A stretch of DNA of 58,438 nucleotides, from the NCBI GenBank assembly GCA_013265495.1, contig MU057951.1, positions 223,008 through 281,445 on the forward strand. The letters run 5' to 3'. Source of the DNA: Vicugna vicugna. Its lineage: Eukaryota. Position numbers and translations under genes: made by a program. Of the stretch, positions 12,171 to 25,760 are shown piece by piece (the stretch's first letter is position 1; the number at the start of each line of letters is the position of its first letter). The notes below the pieces were generated by a model. It worked only from the letters and a program-made list of their open reading frames with translations. It was not told the DNA's origin and did no database searches.

Positions 12171-13140
12171 AATATCAATAAGAAAAAAATCTAAAACAAG
12201 CAAGCAAACAAAATGATTAGAAAAATCATCAAAAAACAAATAAAAGGATTACAAAAATCATCAAATCATTTAAAAAAGAAAATTTTAAAAATTAAAAATT
12301 AAAAATGGAAATGAAAAAGGAAAAGAAAAAAATTAAGGAAAATAAAAGGGAGCATGTGTCCTCGGGTGGACTTTGTCTTGAGGTCCTTTTAAATTATGGG
12401 TGGTTGCCTAGTCTTCCTTCTATGCCTTTTGGCTGTTATCCCTTTGGTTGGGGTTGTGGCCAGTGTTGCAGTGGCCAGAGCTTGTCCTGGCTTTTGAGTG
12501 AGGCTTACTTTTTGTTCTGTGGTTTTCCTTTCTCCTGTCCTTGCCCTACTGCATGAATTCTGCTTGTTCCTTCCAGAGGCCCTTAGGTCATGCCCCAGGC
12601 CTCTGCTGTTTCCAGAGCCATGTTCCAGCACAGTGTCCCCGCATTGGTAAGTGGGCGGGTTTCAAACCCTCCCAATGCTATATCCTGATGCCTAGCTTGT
12701 GCATTGTAGGTGGGCTGGTTGCTCCTCCATTCAGTGCCACTCTCTGAGCTGTTTCAGTTCTGCTCTCCATAGGCAGGCTTACAGAATATGGCTACACCAG
12801 CCCCCACCCCTGCTGCATGCCAGAACTCTGCTCTTTGTCTTAGAGGTGTGAGTCCACAGAAGCACCAGGACAGAATAGTCCCCACTGCCTGGGACTGGAA
12901 ACAAATCTCAGTCCAACCTATGGTGTCACAGAGCCCCAAGGTATGGATTCAAGTTTCAACACCTCATCCCCCTAGCTGTGCACCAGAAAGTATTGTGGTT
13001 GTGGCTGAGCCTCACCTCTTTTCTCCAAAGAACTCACCAGAAATGATGTCAAGTGTCTGCAGAGACAAAGGGCTACAGCAACCCTCCCACCAGGGCACAC
13101 CAGCAGTGTTGTTTTGCTTGTTTTTTTTTTTGTATTTTAT

Positions 13141-13730
13141 GGAAAGAGGATTAATACAATGGTCACATTTAGACTAAAAGATTGCTTATTCTTATGCTTG
13201 CCCTTACAATGATCAACTGACCTGACTGGCTGGTTGCTATTCACAGTTCCAGGTCCAATTTTTAAACTAAAGCTATTGATCATATGTTACTACTTCATTC
13301 CAGTATTCAAAAGCTATAATCATGCTTGGTCTCTGAGTTTTTCTCTAGAGGGATCACAGAACTGTAACCTTACAAAGTAGGCTAAATACCAATAAGATCC
13401 TGCCTTGAGTGCTTATGAGATAAAGAGATTGAAAAAGTGACACCAGATAGCCTTTATAGTATTGGTCTCATGGAGTCATCATGATGCCATTCTAAGTCTT
13501 CTGATGAGAAAATGATTATTTTGATTGCTATCAATGCTTTGTTTTTTGAGCTATGGCTATATAACCACCTTAACCCATCCTCAAGATGGGTTCACAGTTT
13601 TGAAAGCACTAACCTGCTGTGAGTTCCCTTTGCCTAGCAAAGTAATAAACCATATTCTTTTCTTGTAAGCTCTAAAACCTAGTTTCTGAGTTATGGTTCA
13701 TCAGGGACTGGGGCCAATATTTCAGCAACA
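13141..13730 (+). mobile_element. Solo ERV1-class LTR (590 bp) with 4-bp TSD
   Basis: Interrupts the L1 5'UTR exactly; TTAT at 13137-13140 and 13731-13734; ends ...CAGCAACA; TATATAA near 13558 and AATAAA near 13644. Confidence 0.85.
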
Positions 13731-14329
13731 TTATAGGGGACCCAGGCCGTTCTGTTCTGTATACCCTCCCAGCCATGGCACATGGCACACTGCAGTCCTG
13801 TGAGGTTGCCTCTGTACAGTTGGCCCCAGTCTTCAGCCCAGTTCACGCAGCCTGTCCTATCCCCCTCTTGTCAGCTTTCTTTTAGGACTGGGGGGCCATT
13901 TGTGCTCATTTAACTTAATTCTGTGAGTCAAGGTCTATTCTGTACAGATCAAGCTTCAGAAGTTCTCTTTCCATCCCACTGATCTCTCTGTTGGAGCTGG
14001 GGAGACCCAGCATACAAGCTCTATTCCTGCTTTGCCTCTCTTTCTCCATGGATCATGTCCTGCACTAATTCCATTTTTCTGGGTTTTTTTCTTTTCTCCT
14101 ACTAGATTTGTGGTGAATTTTGTCTTTTGAAGAAGGTGATGTTCTGTCAAAGTTCAGCAGGTATTCTGAGTGGATGGGTGGTTCCATGGATGTCACTCTT
14201 GGTGAATTTGTGTGAGAGGGTAAGCTACTAAAGTCCTTCTACTCTGCCATCTTGGCTGCTCCTCTTCATCAGTAATTCTTATTTGGAGCTTCAAAGAATT
14301 AAATATACTTTAAATCTGTTTTAACCTTC

Positions 14330-15845
14330 TTATTCTGACAAGGTGGCATGAAATCTTTTCTTTGCTTCACTTCTCAAAGTATGAGAAATCTTGGAAATAA
14401 CAAGAAGAATGTGAACTGTCTAGTGACCCTAATACTGCCATAACAACAAAACAGCCAGGTGATTTATGATTTCAAACAAAACTAAAGAAGAAAAGCCAAG
14501 CCCAGCATTTTTTGACTCTGAAATTAGCAATAGATGACATTCCAAGAAGGCTTAAATCTCTGTTGGATAAACCTGGATACCAGCTGACAATACCTGTGAG
14601 ACCAACAGACCTGGCAAAAAAGTATTCATCAACATCATTGATAAGTGGGCAGTGAAAGTGTTCTACTTCATCACTGGGACTGAGACAACTTCCCTCACAG
14701 ATTCACCAGGTATACTGGCAATAACAATAAGGAGTCATGCCAGAACAAGTGACCTGAATTGGGAGGCCTCTTTTCAATATAAGCCAGGTACTCCAAATTA
14801 TACAAGAGAAATCAGGCAACTTGGATGCATTGGCAAAGGTGAATCTGGACCAAAATTTGGCTTAATCTGTAAAGTCTCTTCATCCCTGTATTCCAGAGAT
14901 TGTTTCCAACCTAGAGACAATAGACAACCTGACCTGTGTAAACTCCTTCTACCTCCTCAGGCACCAGCAAAACCAAAGTTCACAAAAGTGAACCAGACCC
15001 TGTGTAGTAAAAGTAAACAAGGTCACAGCTTCTTAAAGCTAAAGATTTATGTGTAATTCAGTCTTTGACCATAATAGTCAAAATGTCCAGGATACAATTG
15101 AACATTACCTATCAGAGTAACTAATAGGAAAATCAAACCTTGAATGAAAATAGATATTCAACAGATCCCAACACTGAAATGAACTGAATACTGGAAATTA
15201 TTGACAAGAACTTTAAAGCAGTCATCACAAAAGTGCTTTAAAGAGCAATTGTACGCTTTCTTAAAATAAAAGAAAAAAGTATAAAAGCTCAGCAAAAAAC
15301 AGAAGTCAAAAAGAAACGAATGAAAATCGGAGAATTAAAAACTACAATAATGAATTTAAAAATGAACTTCACTGGAAGAACTCAATAGCAGAGTAGAGAT
15401 GACAGATGATAGAGTCAGTGAACATGAGGAATGATCAATACAATTTATAAAATATGAACAGCAGAGGGAAATATATAGAGGGAAAATAAAACCATAAGGA
15501 TCTATGGGACAATAAAAAAAGATACAGCATTCACACCCTCAGTGTCCCAGAAATGCAGTAACAAAAGTGGGAATGAAAAAATATTGAAAGAAAAAATGTC
15601 TGAAAACTCCACAAATTTGATGTAAAACAACAACAAATAGACCCAAGAGGCTGAGAGAAACCCAAACATTTTTTTAAAATGTATCAAAACACATAATCAT
15701 AAAAAAACACATAATCATTAAACTCTAGAAAACTAAAGGCAATAAAAAATTACTGGAAGCAAACAGAGAGAAATTAAACATTACTTATAAGGGAAAACAA
15801 TTCAAATTACAGAAAATTTTAAATCAGAATCAATGGAGGCCAGTG
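14330..15845 (+). mobile_element. Ancient L1 (L1MC/L1M-like) 5' region and ORF1 remnant; bottom layer of the nest
   Basis: ORF1-like 'aaggatctatgggacaata', 'cccaagaggctgagagaaaccc', 'caatggaggccag'; resumes at 24201 and 30798. Confidence 0.7.
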
Positions 15846-15849
15846 GATA

Positions 15850-18800
15850 GTCTTAAGATAGCTAGGAATAGGGGGATAAGGTGGACATTCACAGAAACTG
15901 ACTTGCTGATCTAAGGCAAATATCCTATTAACAGCAGTTGCCACTAAGAGTCCCACCTAGGAACCTCATAGGTTGCTTTATCTGAAGAACAATGCAAATA
16001 ATCTCATTTGCCCCCAGCACTCTAAACACCATCCCCATAGCCAGCAACTCAAACTCCACCTCAGACAGTGCACACTCCCAAACAGATGATGTGTACTCCC
16101 CTCAACAAACACATACATGAATCTCCACAGACAGTATATAGGTATCAGGAGCCAGCTCAACTCTGCTGGATTGGTAGAAAAAACAAAACTTTGAACACTT
16201 CAGAGAACATGCCTAAGGAATATTGGAGGCTTTCAGCTCCCAGTCTGCATTTGTTATGGTGAGAAAAAAGCACACAAACCTAAGACTTCCACCTGAAGAG
16301 AGAACAAAAGTTGTTTAGTGGGCACATTCATAGATAACCAACTTAGAGACCCCAAGAATCCCAGCCAGGCTCCCTGAAGATGATATTTTTCTCTTAAAAA
16401 AATTCAAAAACAGCATAACAAGGCTTGGAAGAACAAAAGAATCAAGGAAACATAACATCATCAAAAGAAAAATAAAATAAACCTCCAGAGGCTGATCCCT
16501 GAGAAATAGAGATCTATATATTTATTAACCAAAAATTCAAATTAATATTCTTAAAGAAAGTAGATCATGCACAAGAGAACACAAACAATTTTGATAAATT
16601 CTGGAAACAATAAACAAATGAAATGAAAATTTAAGCAAATATAAATCATAAAAATTAAGAAAACAAAAATTCTGATGCTAAAGAATACAATGACTGAACT
16701 AACAAATTCAGTAAAGATCTTCAGCAGCAGACATGAACAAACAGAAGGATGAATGAATTTGAAAAGAGATCACTTGAAATTATCCAGTCAGCATAACAAG
16801 AGAAAAAGAGTGAAGAAAGCCTACTGGATATATGGGACACCATGAAGAGAGACAAAATTATATTGGGGAATCCTAGAGAAATTAGAGAAAGGGTCAAAGA
16901 TTATATAAAGAAACAATGACAAAATATTCCAAATCTGGGAACATTCAAATCTATGAAGCCAAAAACACAAAACTGATTGAATATAAAGAGGTATTCACTG
17001 AGACATATTACAATCAAATTGTGAAAGTTCAATGACAAAATTAGAATTTTTAAAGAAGCAAGAAAAAAGTAATACATATGTGTAAGGAAATCCACAAAGA
17101 TTATCAGCAGATTTGTAAGCAGAATATTTATAAACAAGGAGAGAATGGAATGATATGTCAAAGTGCTAAGAGGAAAGAAAATCTATCAACCAAGACTATG
17201 AAAACCAGCAAAACTGTCATTCAGTTTTTACAGAAAAACAAAAGCTGAAGGATTTCATCACCAGTAGACCTGTCTTACAATAAAGACAAAAGGAAGTTCT
17301 TCACACTAAAATAAAAACATGAGAATTAGTAACATGAAAGTATGAAACTCACTGTCAAAGGCCAGTATATAGTCAAATTCAGAATAATCTAATACCTTAA
17401 TTGTGATGAATAAATCACTTTTAACTCTAGTATAAAAATTCACATATGTATTAAAATGTATCTAACTTCAAAAATTGTTCTATGGATACCCAGTATAAAA
17501 AGATGTAATGTGAAATATTATTAACAAATACATGGAGGGAGTAAAATTTTAGAGCATTTGGATGTGAGTAAAATAAGTGCTTGTTACCTTAAAATAGACT
17601 GTTTTAACACTAAGATATTTTATATTAAGCCTCCTGATAACCACAAAGAATAAAAATGTAGTACATACACAAAGGTAAAGAGAAAAGAATAAAAGCAAAA
17701 AAAAAAATCAAATCACCAAGGAAGACAACAAGAAAAGAAGAAAGGAAAAGTGGAACTACAAAACAGTGAGAAAAAAATGAACAAAATGTCAAAAGTAATT
17801 TATAACCTATTAATAGAAACTTTAAGTGTAAATAAAATAACTTTTCCTATCAAAAGATATAGAGTGATTGAAAAGTTTATAAAAAGATCCAACAGTATGC
17901 TGCCTAAAAGAGACTCACTTTTCCTTTAAAGACACACATAGTCTGAAAGTAAAAGCATGGGAAAAGATATTTAAAGTTAATAACTGTCAGAAGATAAAAT
18001 GTGGTTAACGTACAAAATACAGGAGTCAATTCATCAAGAGGATATAAAATTTTAAAATATATATGCATCCAACAAAGGGGCACATAAATATATAAAGCAC
18101 ATATTAACCAAACTGAAGAAAGAAATAGACAACAATCCTAACATAGAAGGATAATTCAATACCCCACTCTCAACACATGATAGATTATCCAGAAAGAAAA
18201 TCAATAAGGAAAGAGCAGGCTTGAATAACTCTATAGTTCAAATGGACATGACAGATATATACAGAACATTATATTCAACAAGAGCAGAATCCCCTTTCTT
18301 CTCAATTGCACATGGAGCATTTTCCAGGATAGATCATATGTTAGGTCGCAAAACAAGTCAACAAATTTAAGATTAAAATCGTATCAGGTATCTTTTCTGA
18401 ACACAATGTTGTGAAGCTAAAAATCTACAACAGGAAGAAAATTAGGAAATTCATCAATGTGTGGAAAGTAAAGAATACAATCTTTAATGGCCAATAGATC
18501 AAAGAAGAAATCAAAAGGAAAATAAAAAAAAAACTACAAGCAAATGAAAATGCAAACACAGCATATCAAAACTTATGGAATACAACAAAAACAGATCTAA
18601 GAGAGTGATAAATGAATAGGTTAGGGGGAAAAAAATCTCCCCAGTAACAATTAAACTTAGCACTTGAATGAATCAAAAAAAGAAAAAAAAGAAAAGTACA
18701 TAATAGAAGAAAGGATAAATAAAATAGTGACTAGTAAAGCAAGAGAATAAATAAAGGAAGCTAAGATTGCCCTGGCACTTGAAAAGATAAACAAAATAGA

Positions 18801-21217
18801 TAACCTGTAAGTGAGACTAAGAAAAAAGAGAAGGCTCAAATAAATAAAATAATAATGAAAGAAGATAAATGGTAACTGATACCACAGATATAAAAATCAT
18901 CAAAAAGGACTGTTATGAACAACTATAAACCAACAAATTAGATAACTTGGAAGAAGATAAATTCCTAGGAAACTTACAACCTACCAAAACTGAAACATTA
19001 AAAAAAAGAAAATCAAAACAAATAGTAAGAAGATTGAATCAGTAATCAAAACCCACACAACAAATAAAAGCTTAGGACCAAATGCTTCACAGGTGAACAT
19101 TATCTAATATTTAAATAAGGATTAATACCAATCCTTTTCAATCTTTTCCAAAAAACTAAAGACAAGATAACATTTCCAAATTCACTTTATAAAGTCAGGA
19201 TAACACTTATACCAAGCTAAACAGAAACACTACAAGAAAAAATTGCAGGCCAGTATCTTTGATGAAAATAGATGGAAAAAAATCCAAGAAAAACACTAGT
19301 TAACTGACTTCAACAGCACAATTAAAGGATTGCTGACCAGCATTGACTTGGATTTATCCCTATGATATGAAGATGATTCAACATATGCAAATAAATAAAT
19401 GTGACATATCACATTAACAGATAAATAATAAAAATCATATGATCATGCAAGAATCAAAAAACTTTTGACAAAATTCAACATCCTTTCATGATAAAACTCT
19501 CAATACATTTGGTATGAAAGAAACATACCTTGACATAATACAGTAAGCATATGATAAGCCCAAATTTAACATCATAATCAATCATGAAATATTGAAAGCT
19601 TTTCCTCTAAAGTTGGGAGGAAGAAAAATATGTCTATTTTTGCCAATTCTATTCTTCATAATAGTAGAACTCCTAGCCAAATCAATTAGGCAACAAAAGG
19701 GGAAAACGATATGCAACTCAGAAATAAAGAAGTGAATTAGCCTCAATTTGGAGATCACATAATTTTATATGTAGAAAACCCCAAAAAGTTCCACTAAAAC
19801 ACTCTTAGAACTAATAAATGGATTAAACATATTTACAGGTTTCAAAATTAACATTTAAAAGACCAGTTGCATTTTTATACATTAACAATATATTATCTGA
19901 ATAACAAATATGAAGATAATTTTATTTATAATATGATGAAGAATAATAACATATAAAACTGTAATATAACACTAATGAAAGACATTAAAGAAGATGCAGA
20001 TAAGTAATTGATATCCTGTGTCTGTGGATGAGACAAATAATATTACTTAAATGGCCATGTCTCCCAAACATTCTATAAATATGTTAAAATCTCTGCCAAA
20101 ATTCCAGTGATATTTTTTGCAGAAGTAAAAAATTCTAAAATTACTTTGAGTCACAAAAGGTGCCAAAGAGACAAAGCAATCTTGACTGAATAGAACAAAG
20201 ATGAAGTCATCCTCTTGTTTTCAAATTATATTACAAAGCTATAGTATTCAAAATAGTATGGCACTGGTATAAACACAAACTCATAGACCAGTGGAACAGA
20301 GAGCCAAGGAATAAACTCACACATATATAGGGAGTTGAACTATAACAAGGGTGCCAAGAATACACAATGGGGAAAATATAGTTTCCATAACTAGTGCTGT
20401 GAAAACTAGGCCCATGCTTAGACCTTGTACAAAAATCAACTCAAAATGGATTGCAGATTTAAACATAAGTCCTGAAACTCTAAAATTCCCAGAAGAATAC
20501 ATAGGGGAAAATCTCTTTAACATTGGTCTTAGCAATTTTTTTTGTATATAATACCAAAAGTACAGGCAACAAAGTCAAAAGAAAATAAGTGGTACTGCAT
20601 TAAACTAAAAAGCTCCTGCACAATAAGAGAAACAATCAACAAGATGAAAAGGCAACCTGTGAAATAGGAAAACATATTTTCAAGCCATGTATCTAAAAAG
20701 GGGTTAATATCCAAAATACATAAAAACACTTATACATCTTAATTATAACAACAACAACAACAAAAAGCAGAGGAACTGAATAGACATTTGTCCAAAGACA
20801 TACACGTCACCAACAGATACATGAAACATCACTAATCATCAGGGAAATGCAAGATAAAACAACAGTGATATATCACTTCACACCTGTTAGAATGGTTGTC
20901 ATCAAAAAGACAAGAGATAACAAATATTGGTAAAGCTGTAGAGAAACAAGAACCATCATGCACTGAGAATTCTTGTGAGGGAATGCAAATTGGCATAGCC
21001 AGCATAGCGAATAGTACGGAGGTTCCTCAAAAAATCAAAAGTAGAATTACCACATGACCCAGCAATCTCACTTCTGGGCATTTATCCAAAGCAATTTATA
21101 TCACTATATGTAAAAGATGCCTGCACCCCCATTTTATTTATGTTTATGGCCGCCTTATTTACAATTGCCAAGGTATAGAAGCAAACTAAATGTCCATTGA
21201 TTGATGAACGGATAAAG
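15850..21217 (+). mobile_element. Old L1 (L1MA-like), near full-length, 3' end missing
   Basis: ORF1 remnant about 16420-17310; ORF2 remnant about 17786-21217 including 20351-20551 ([13 protein letters not shown]...EYIGENLFNIGL); many stops. Confidence 0.85.
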
Positions 21218-24199
21218 AGGGGAGTTTGCCAAGATGGTGGAGTAGGATACATAGCTCACGCAGTACCATGAATACATACAAAACACTTCATACATAATAC
21301 TTACTGAATATTGGCATAATATCTCTGACATTGGCAATACAAAGAGAATCCTCAAAAAATTGGCAGGAGAAAGAAAAAGAAAGGAAATCAGTGAGCAACC
21401 TGTCCCTCAGGGAGAAAACGGCAAAGGAGGAAAAGTGTTTTCATTCTGGAAATCTACCTCTCCAGCAGGGAGGTCAGCTGAGACAGAAAGTGAGCTTCAG
21501 AGGCTTGGAGGAGAAAGCAGCAGCAGCTTGGCATGCAGAACTGAGAGAAATCAACACAAAGGATCCATGCAATCCCTAGCCCAAGATGGTGGGTGCTGGC
21601 TGAGGAATGACTGCTGGAGCTCACACTTCTGTGGAAGAACCTGGGGAAAAAATGCGACTGTCTGTACAGAGGCAGCCTCAGGGGGCTTAAGTGTGGTTTA
21701 GGCAAAGGATATAAGTATGTGCTGAACAGAAAAGCCTGGGTCCCTCTGTAGGTATCAGCACTGCTGGAACACATGATGAATAAGGGGCACAACCTAGCCC
21801 AACCATAGCAGCCATCGCCTTAGTCCAGAGGGCATTGCCCAACACCACTGTTGGCATGCCTTCTCACAAGCAGGGGAAAATGATTCAGACATATCAGTCT
21901 TTTCAGCTTGCACTGGAGTGGCAAAATCACCGGTGTGCAGCTCCTGGTGGAGATGGGGTTAAAACCTGAATCCATTCCCAGTAGACTTGTGACTTTGCAG
22001 GTGGGGGCTGAGATTTGATTTGAGCCCCAGGTGGTGGTGGCAGATTTGCTCTGTTGGTGCCTTCGTAGACCTGTGCTTCTGAGACAACCGAGTGGAGTTC
22101 TGGTCTAAGTTGGCGGCAGGGTTTGCATTAACTGCATATCTGCATAACATATGCAGACATGGGTCTGGGGTCTGGGCTGACTCTGTGGCTCATGGTTGAT
22201 CCAGGAACATGGCTGCACATGTACACTACAGTGGATCCTATTGCCTGATGTTGGCTGGTCTGCACTGGTGGTTCTTTGAGTGCAGAACATAGGGGACACC
22301 AAGGAAGGTTGCTAAAATTTCCATGGTTGAGGTGGGAACAAAGGCAGCATCAACAAAGTGTACTTGGTAAGCCCACATAGTAAGTGATGGATGAAACCAC
22401 AGAGGGTACTTTCCAGTGGACATCACCTGTGGCAGAATACTTCGTGTTTTCTTTTCCAGTGGAAGCATGCAAATCCTGCCAAACCATACACCACAGCTCA
22501 CAATAGGTGAGGAACTCTCTATTCTAACAGAAGAGGAGCAGATCTGGCCCCTGTAAGGGCTGTGTCAACCATAGAGTAAACAGGAGGCCCTACTCAATAA
22601 CCAGTGCAGACTCTAGTCACCACAACACCAAACAAATATGCAATAATGGGGATAATAGGCAGCACACATGGAGGAAAGAAATGACAAATATTCATAGTAA
22701 AAACAGCTGGAGGAATAGCCTTCCCAGACTTCATACAACACTACAGAGCTACAGTAATAAAAACAGTGATATTGTCATAAAAACAGACATAGATCAATGG
22801 AACAGAGTAGAGAGCCCAGAAATAAACCCACAGATTTATGATTAATTTATCTTAAAAAAAAGGCAATAATACACAATGGAGTAAATACAGTCTCTTCAGC
22901 AAATCTGTTGGGAAAGTTGGACAGCTGCATGTAAATCAATGAAGTAAGAACACTCCCTCACACCATACACGAACGTAAATGGCTCAAAGACTTAAACATA
23001 AGACAAAACACTATAAACCTCCTAGAAGAAAACATAAGCAAAACATTATCTGACATAAATCTTAACAGTGTTCTCCTAGGTTAGTCTACCCAGGCAATAG
23101 AAATAAAGCAAAAATAAGCAAATGGGACCTAATTAAACTTATAAGCTTTTGCATAGCAAAGGAAACTGTAAGCAATACAAAAAGACAATCTATGAAATGG
23201 GAGAAAATACTTGCAAATGTTGTGTCTGACAAGGGCTTAATTTCCAGAATATATAAATGGGTCATACAACTTAATAACAAAAAAATTAAAAAATGAGCAG
23301 AAGACCTAAACAAGCAATTCTGTCTTGAAGACATACAAATGACAAATAGTTACGTGAAAAAATGCTCAATATTGCTATTATCAGAGAAATGAAAATCAAA
23401 ACTACAATAAGATATCACCTCACACCAGTTAGAATAGCCATCATTAAAATCTATAAACCATAAATGCTGGAGAGGGCATAGGGAAAAGGGAACCTTCCAA
23501 CACTGTTGGTGGAAATGTAGTTTGGTGTAACCATTATGGAAAACAATATGGAGATTCCTCAAAACACTGCAAACAGACTTGCCATATGATTCAGCAATGC
23601 CACTCCTTGACATATATCTGAAAAGGCACATGCACCTCAATGTTCATAGCATCACTATTTACTATAGCCAAGACATGGAAACAACCTAAATGTCCATCAA
23701 CAGATGACTGGATAAAGAAGTGGTATATTTATACAATGGAATACTACTAAGACTTAAAAATAAAATAATGCCATCTGTAGCAATATGAGTTGAACTGGAG
23801 ATCATCATTCTAAGTAAAGTAAGCCAGAAAGAGAAACTAAAATAACATATGATATCACTTAATGTGGAAACTAAAATTAAAACAAGACAAAAATGAAATT
23901 ATTTCCAAAAAACGAAATGGACTCAGAGACATAGAAAACAAACTTATGGTTTACAAGGAGGGAGGGGGATGAAAAGGTATAAATCAGAATTTCAAGACTT
24001 GGAAATATTTACTACTATATAAAAATAGGTAAATAACAATTTCTTCAGAATAACACAGGGAACTATATTCAATAAATTGTAACCTATAATAAAAAAAGAA
24101 TATGAAAACGAATATATGTATGTATGTGTATGACTGAAACATTATGCTGTACAACAGAAATTGACACATTCCAAACTGACTCTACTTCAATAAAAAAAT
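21218..24199 (+). mobile_element. L1 with large internal deletion (5'UTR fused to the 3' third of ORF2)
   Basis: 5' start 'gccaagatggtggagtagga'; GC-richer UTR to about 22705, then directly 'ctggaggaatagccttcccagacttc' (AGGITLPDF region); 3'UTR ending aataaaaaaa at about 24199. Confidence 0.88.
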
Positions 24200-24200
24200 A

Positions 24201-24287
24201 GAGGGGAAATAAAGGCATACTCAGATAAAAAAAACTAAGGGTTGTCATTAGAAGACATAACTAAAGAATCAAAAAGGAATTTTTCTC
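24201..24287 (+). mobile_element. Ancient L1 ORF1 3' end (continuation of 14330-15845)
   Basis: 'gaggggaaataaaggcatactcagataaaaaaaactaagg' corresponds to the EGEIK.F.DK.KL end of ORF1. Confidence 0.6.
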
Positions 24288-24406
24288 CATTCTTATGAAG
24301 TAAAGTTGGCTTCAGAAAACTTCAAAAATGAGACTGCCTTTCCAAACATTAAAATGCAGTATAAGTGCATATTTCTTCTCTTAACTGTTAATAAAATTAT
24401 GTCAAA

Positions 24407-24425
24407 TTATATATATATATATATA
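24407..24425. repeat. (TA)n microsatellite
   Basis: Directly visible; similar imperfect TA tracts at about 3874-3910 and 5662-5698. Confidence 0.85.
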
Positions 24426-24488
24426 ATTGAATTGTTAGGTAAACATACAAAATCACAGTATAGTTTAAAATCATGACAAGAATAAGCT

Positions 24489-25760
24489 GAGAGATTTCCG
24501 GAAGATGGCGGAGTAGAAGGACGCTCTTAAGTCACCCTCTCCCACAAATACACCAAGACCCACATCTACAGACCCACTCAGACAACCAGAGCACCTGCGG
24601 AACTCTGAAAGAACATCGCCCTCTTCAAAAGATAAAGACGCCAAAAATCTGGTAGGAGAAAAGGAAAAAAGAAGAACAAAAGGCAAAGCAGCGTGGGACG
24701 GGTCCCGCGGGGAGGGAGCGGCAAAGAGCTCGCTTCGCTGGGTCTCCCCTCTCCAACTGAGAGGCCAGCGGGACAGAGGGGGAGCCTCCGAGGCTCGGAT
24801 CAGTACAGAGCAGCCCTTGTCTGACAGAACTAAGTTAAATGGGCACAGAGCGTCCCCCCGACACCCAGCCTGAGACGCGGGCCGACAGCGGCGGGCAGGG
24901 CCAGGCTGCACAAGCCGGGCGGAGGACGGGGGCGGCTACACGGAGGCAGCTCCGGGGGACTGCAAGGGGCTGGGCGCCGTGGCTGTGGGTGTACAGGACA
25001 GAACAACCTGGGCCCTCCATAAAACAGCAAGGTTGACGTGTTTTCGGGGGAAGGGTGCATACCCCCATCTCTGAAAACCCGCAGAAACTTTTCAGGGGAA
25101 GTGGGGCGGGGCCCAGGCACAGCTGCCATATTCTCAGGCGCTTAGCACCCAGGCGGGGGCGGGGGCGAAACCTGCATCCGCACCGAAGGTCTTTGCAGCG
25201 ACAAAGGCCAGACTGAGACGGGCCTACAGCCCGGGGCAGGTGGGCTCCTTCCATCCTTGTCCCTCTGAGAACTTGCTCCACGGGGACAGGCAAGGAGCTG
25301 AGTCTTGGCTCGGAGCAGGGACGAGCCTGACCCTCGGTTTTTCCCCGAGCCCACCTGCGGAGCGCCGACCAGGGCAGTGCGCGACCAGGGTGGAGCGCGC
25401 AGCCACACAGAGCAGCGGAGCTACCGGTGGCACAGGCAGAGGGAGAGCGGCCCCCCGCCTGTCGGGCAGGAACAAAGCCCCTGACCGAGGTGCTGGGAGG
25501 GGGCACGACCCGCCCTCCTGCCTGGCCAGTCTGCAACATCTCACTGCGGCATTCGTAGGGGCAGTGACCCGCCCGCCCACAGCAGAGGAGAGCTGCATCT
25601 GACGCCGTGTTATGAGGAGGCGCGGTCAGCTTGCCAACAGGTGCTGGGAGCAGCACAGAAGAGAGCGCCAACGGAGGGCCTATGAAAACAAGCTGAGCTT
25701 CCAAAGCAGGACGAAGACAGAAGGACTTCACATTAAAAGCACACAGATTCCAGGAGAACA
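24489..25760 (+). promoter_or_regulatory. L1 5'UTR internal promoter, CpG-island-like, with YY1-type motif
   Basis: AAGATGGCGG at 24502-24511; dense CpG in an AT-rich background. Confidence 0.75.

Larger units (their letters stand above)
5910..14264 (-). mobile_element. Full-length older L1 (5'UTR, ORF1, spacer, ORF2, 3'UTR), degraded, with nested insertions
   Basis: Minus-strand ORF2 fragments at 6251-6625, 6677-6967, 7386-7631, 8003-8278 and 9069-9269; ORF1 remnant about 10300-11240; 5' start CCAAGATGGCAGAGTAGAAGGAC near 14255. Confidence 0.93.

Noticed and set aside
14262..14275. TSD for the 5910-14264 L1 paired with 2504-2520 (pre-inversion)
   Set aside because: Only a partial gapped match (CCTCTTC...CATC), and the sequence beyond 14264 does not look like a continuation of the ERV leader.
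14652..15056. 134-aa ORF
   Set aside because: Non-ATG start, no recognisable domain, and it lies in the decayed 5' region of an ancient L1.
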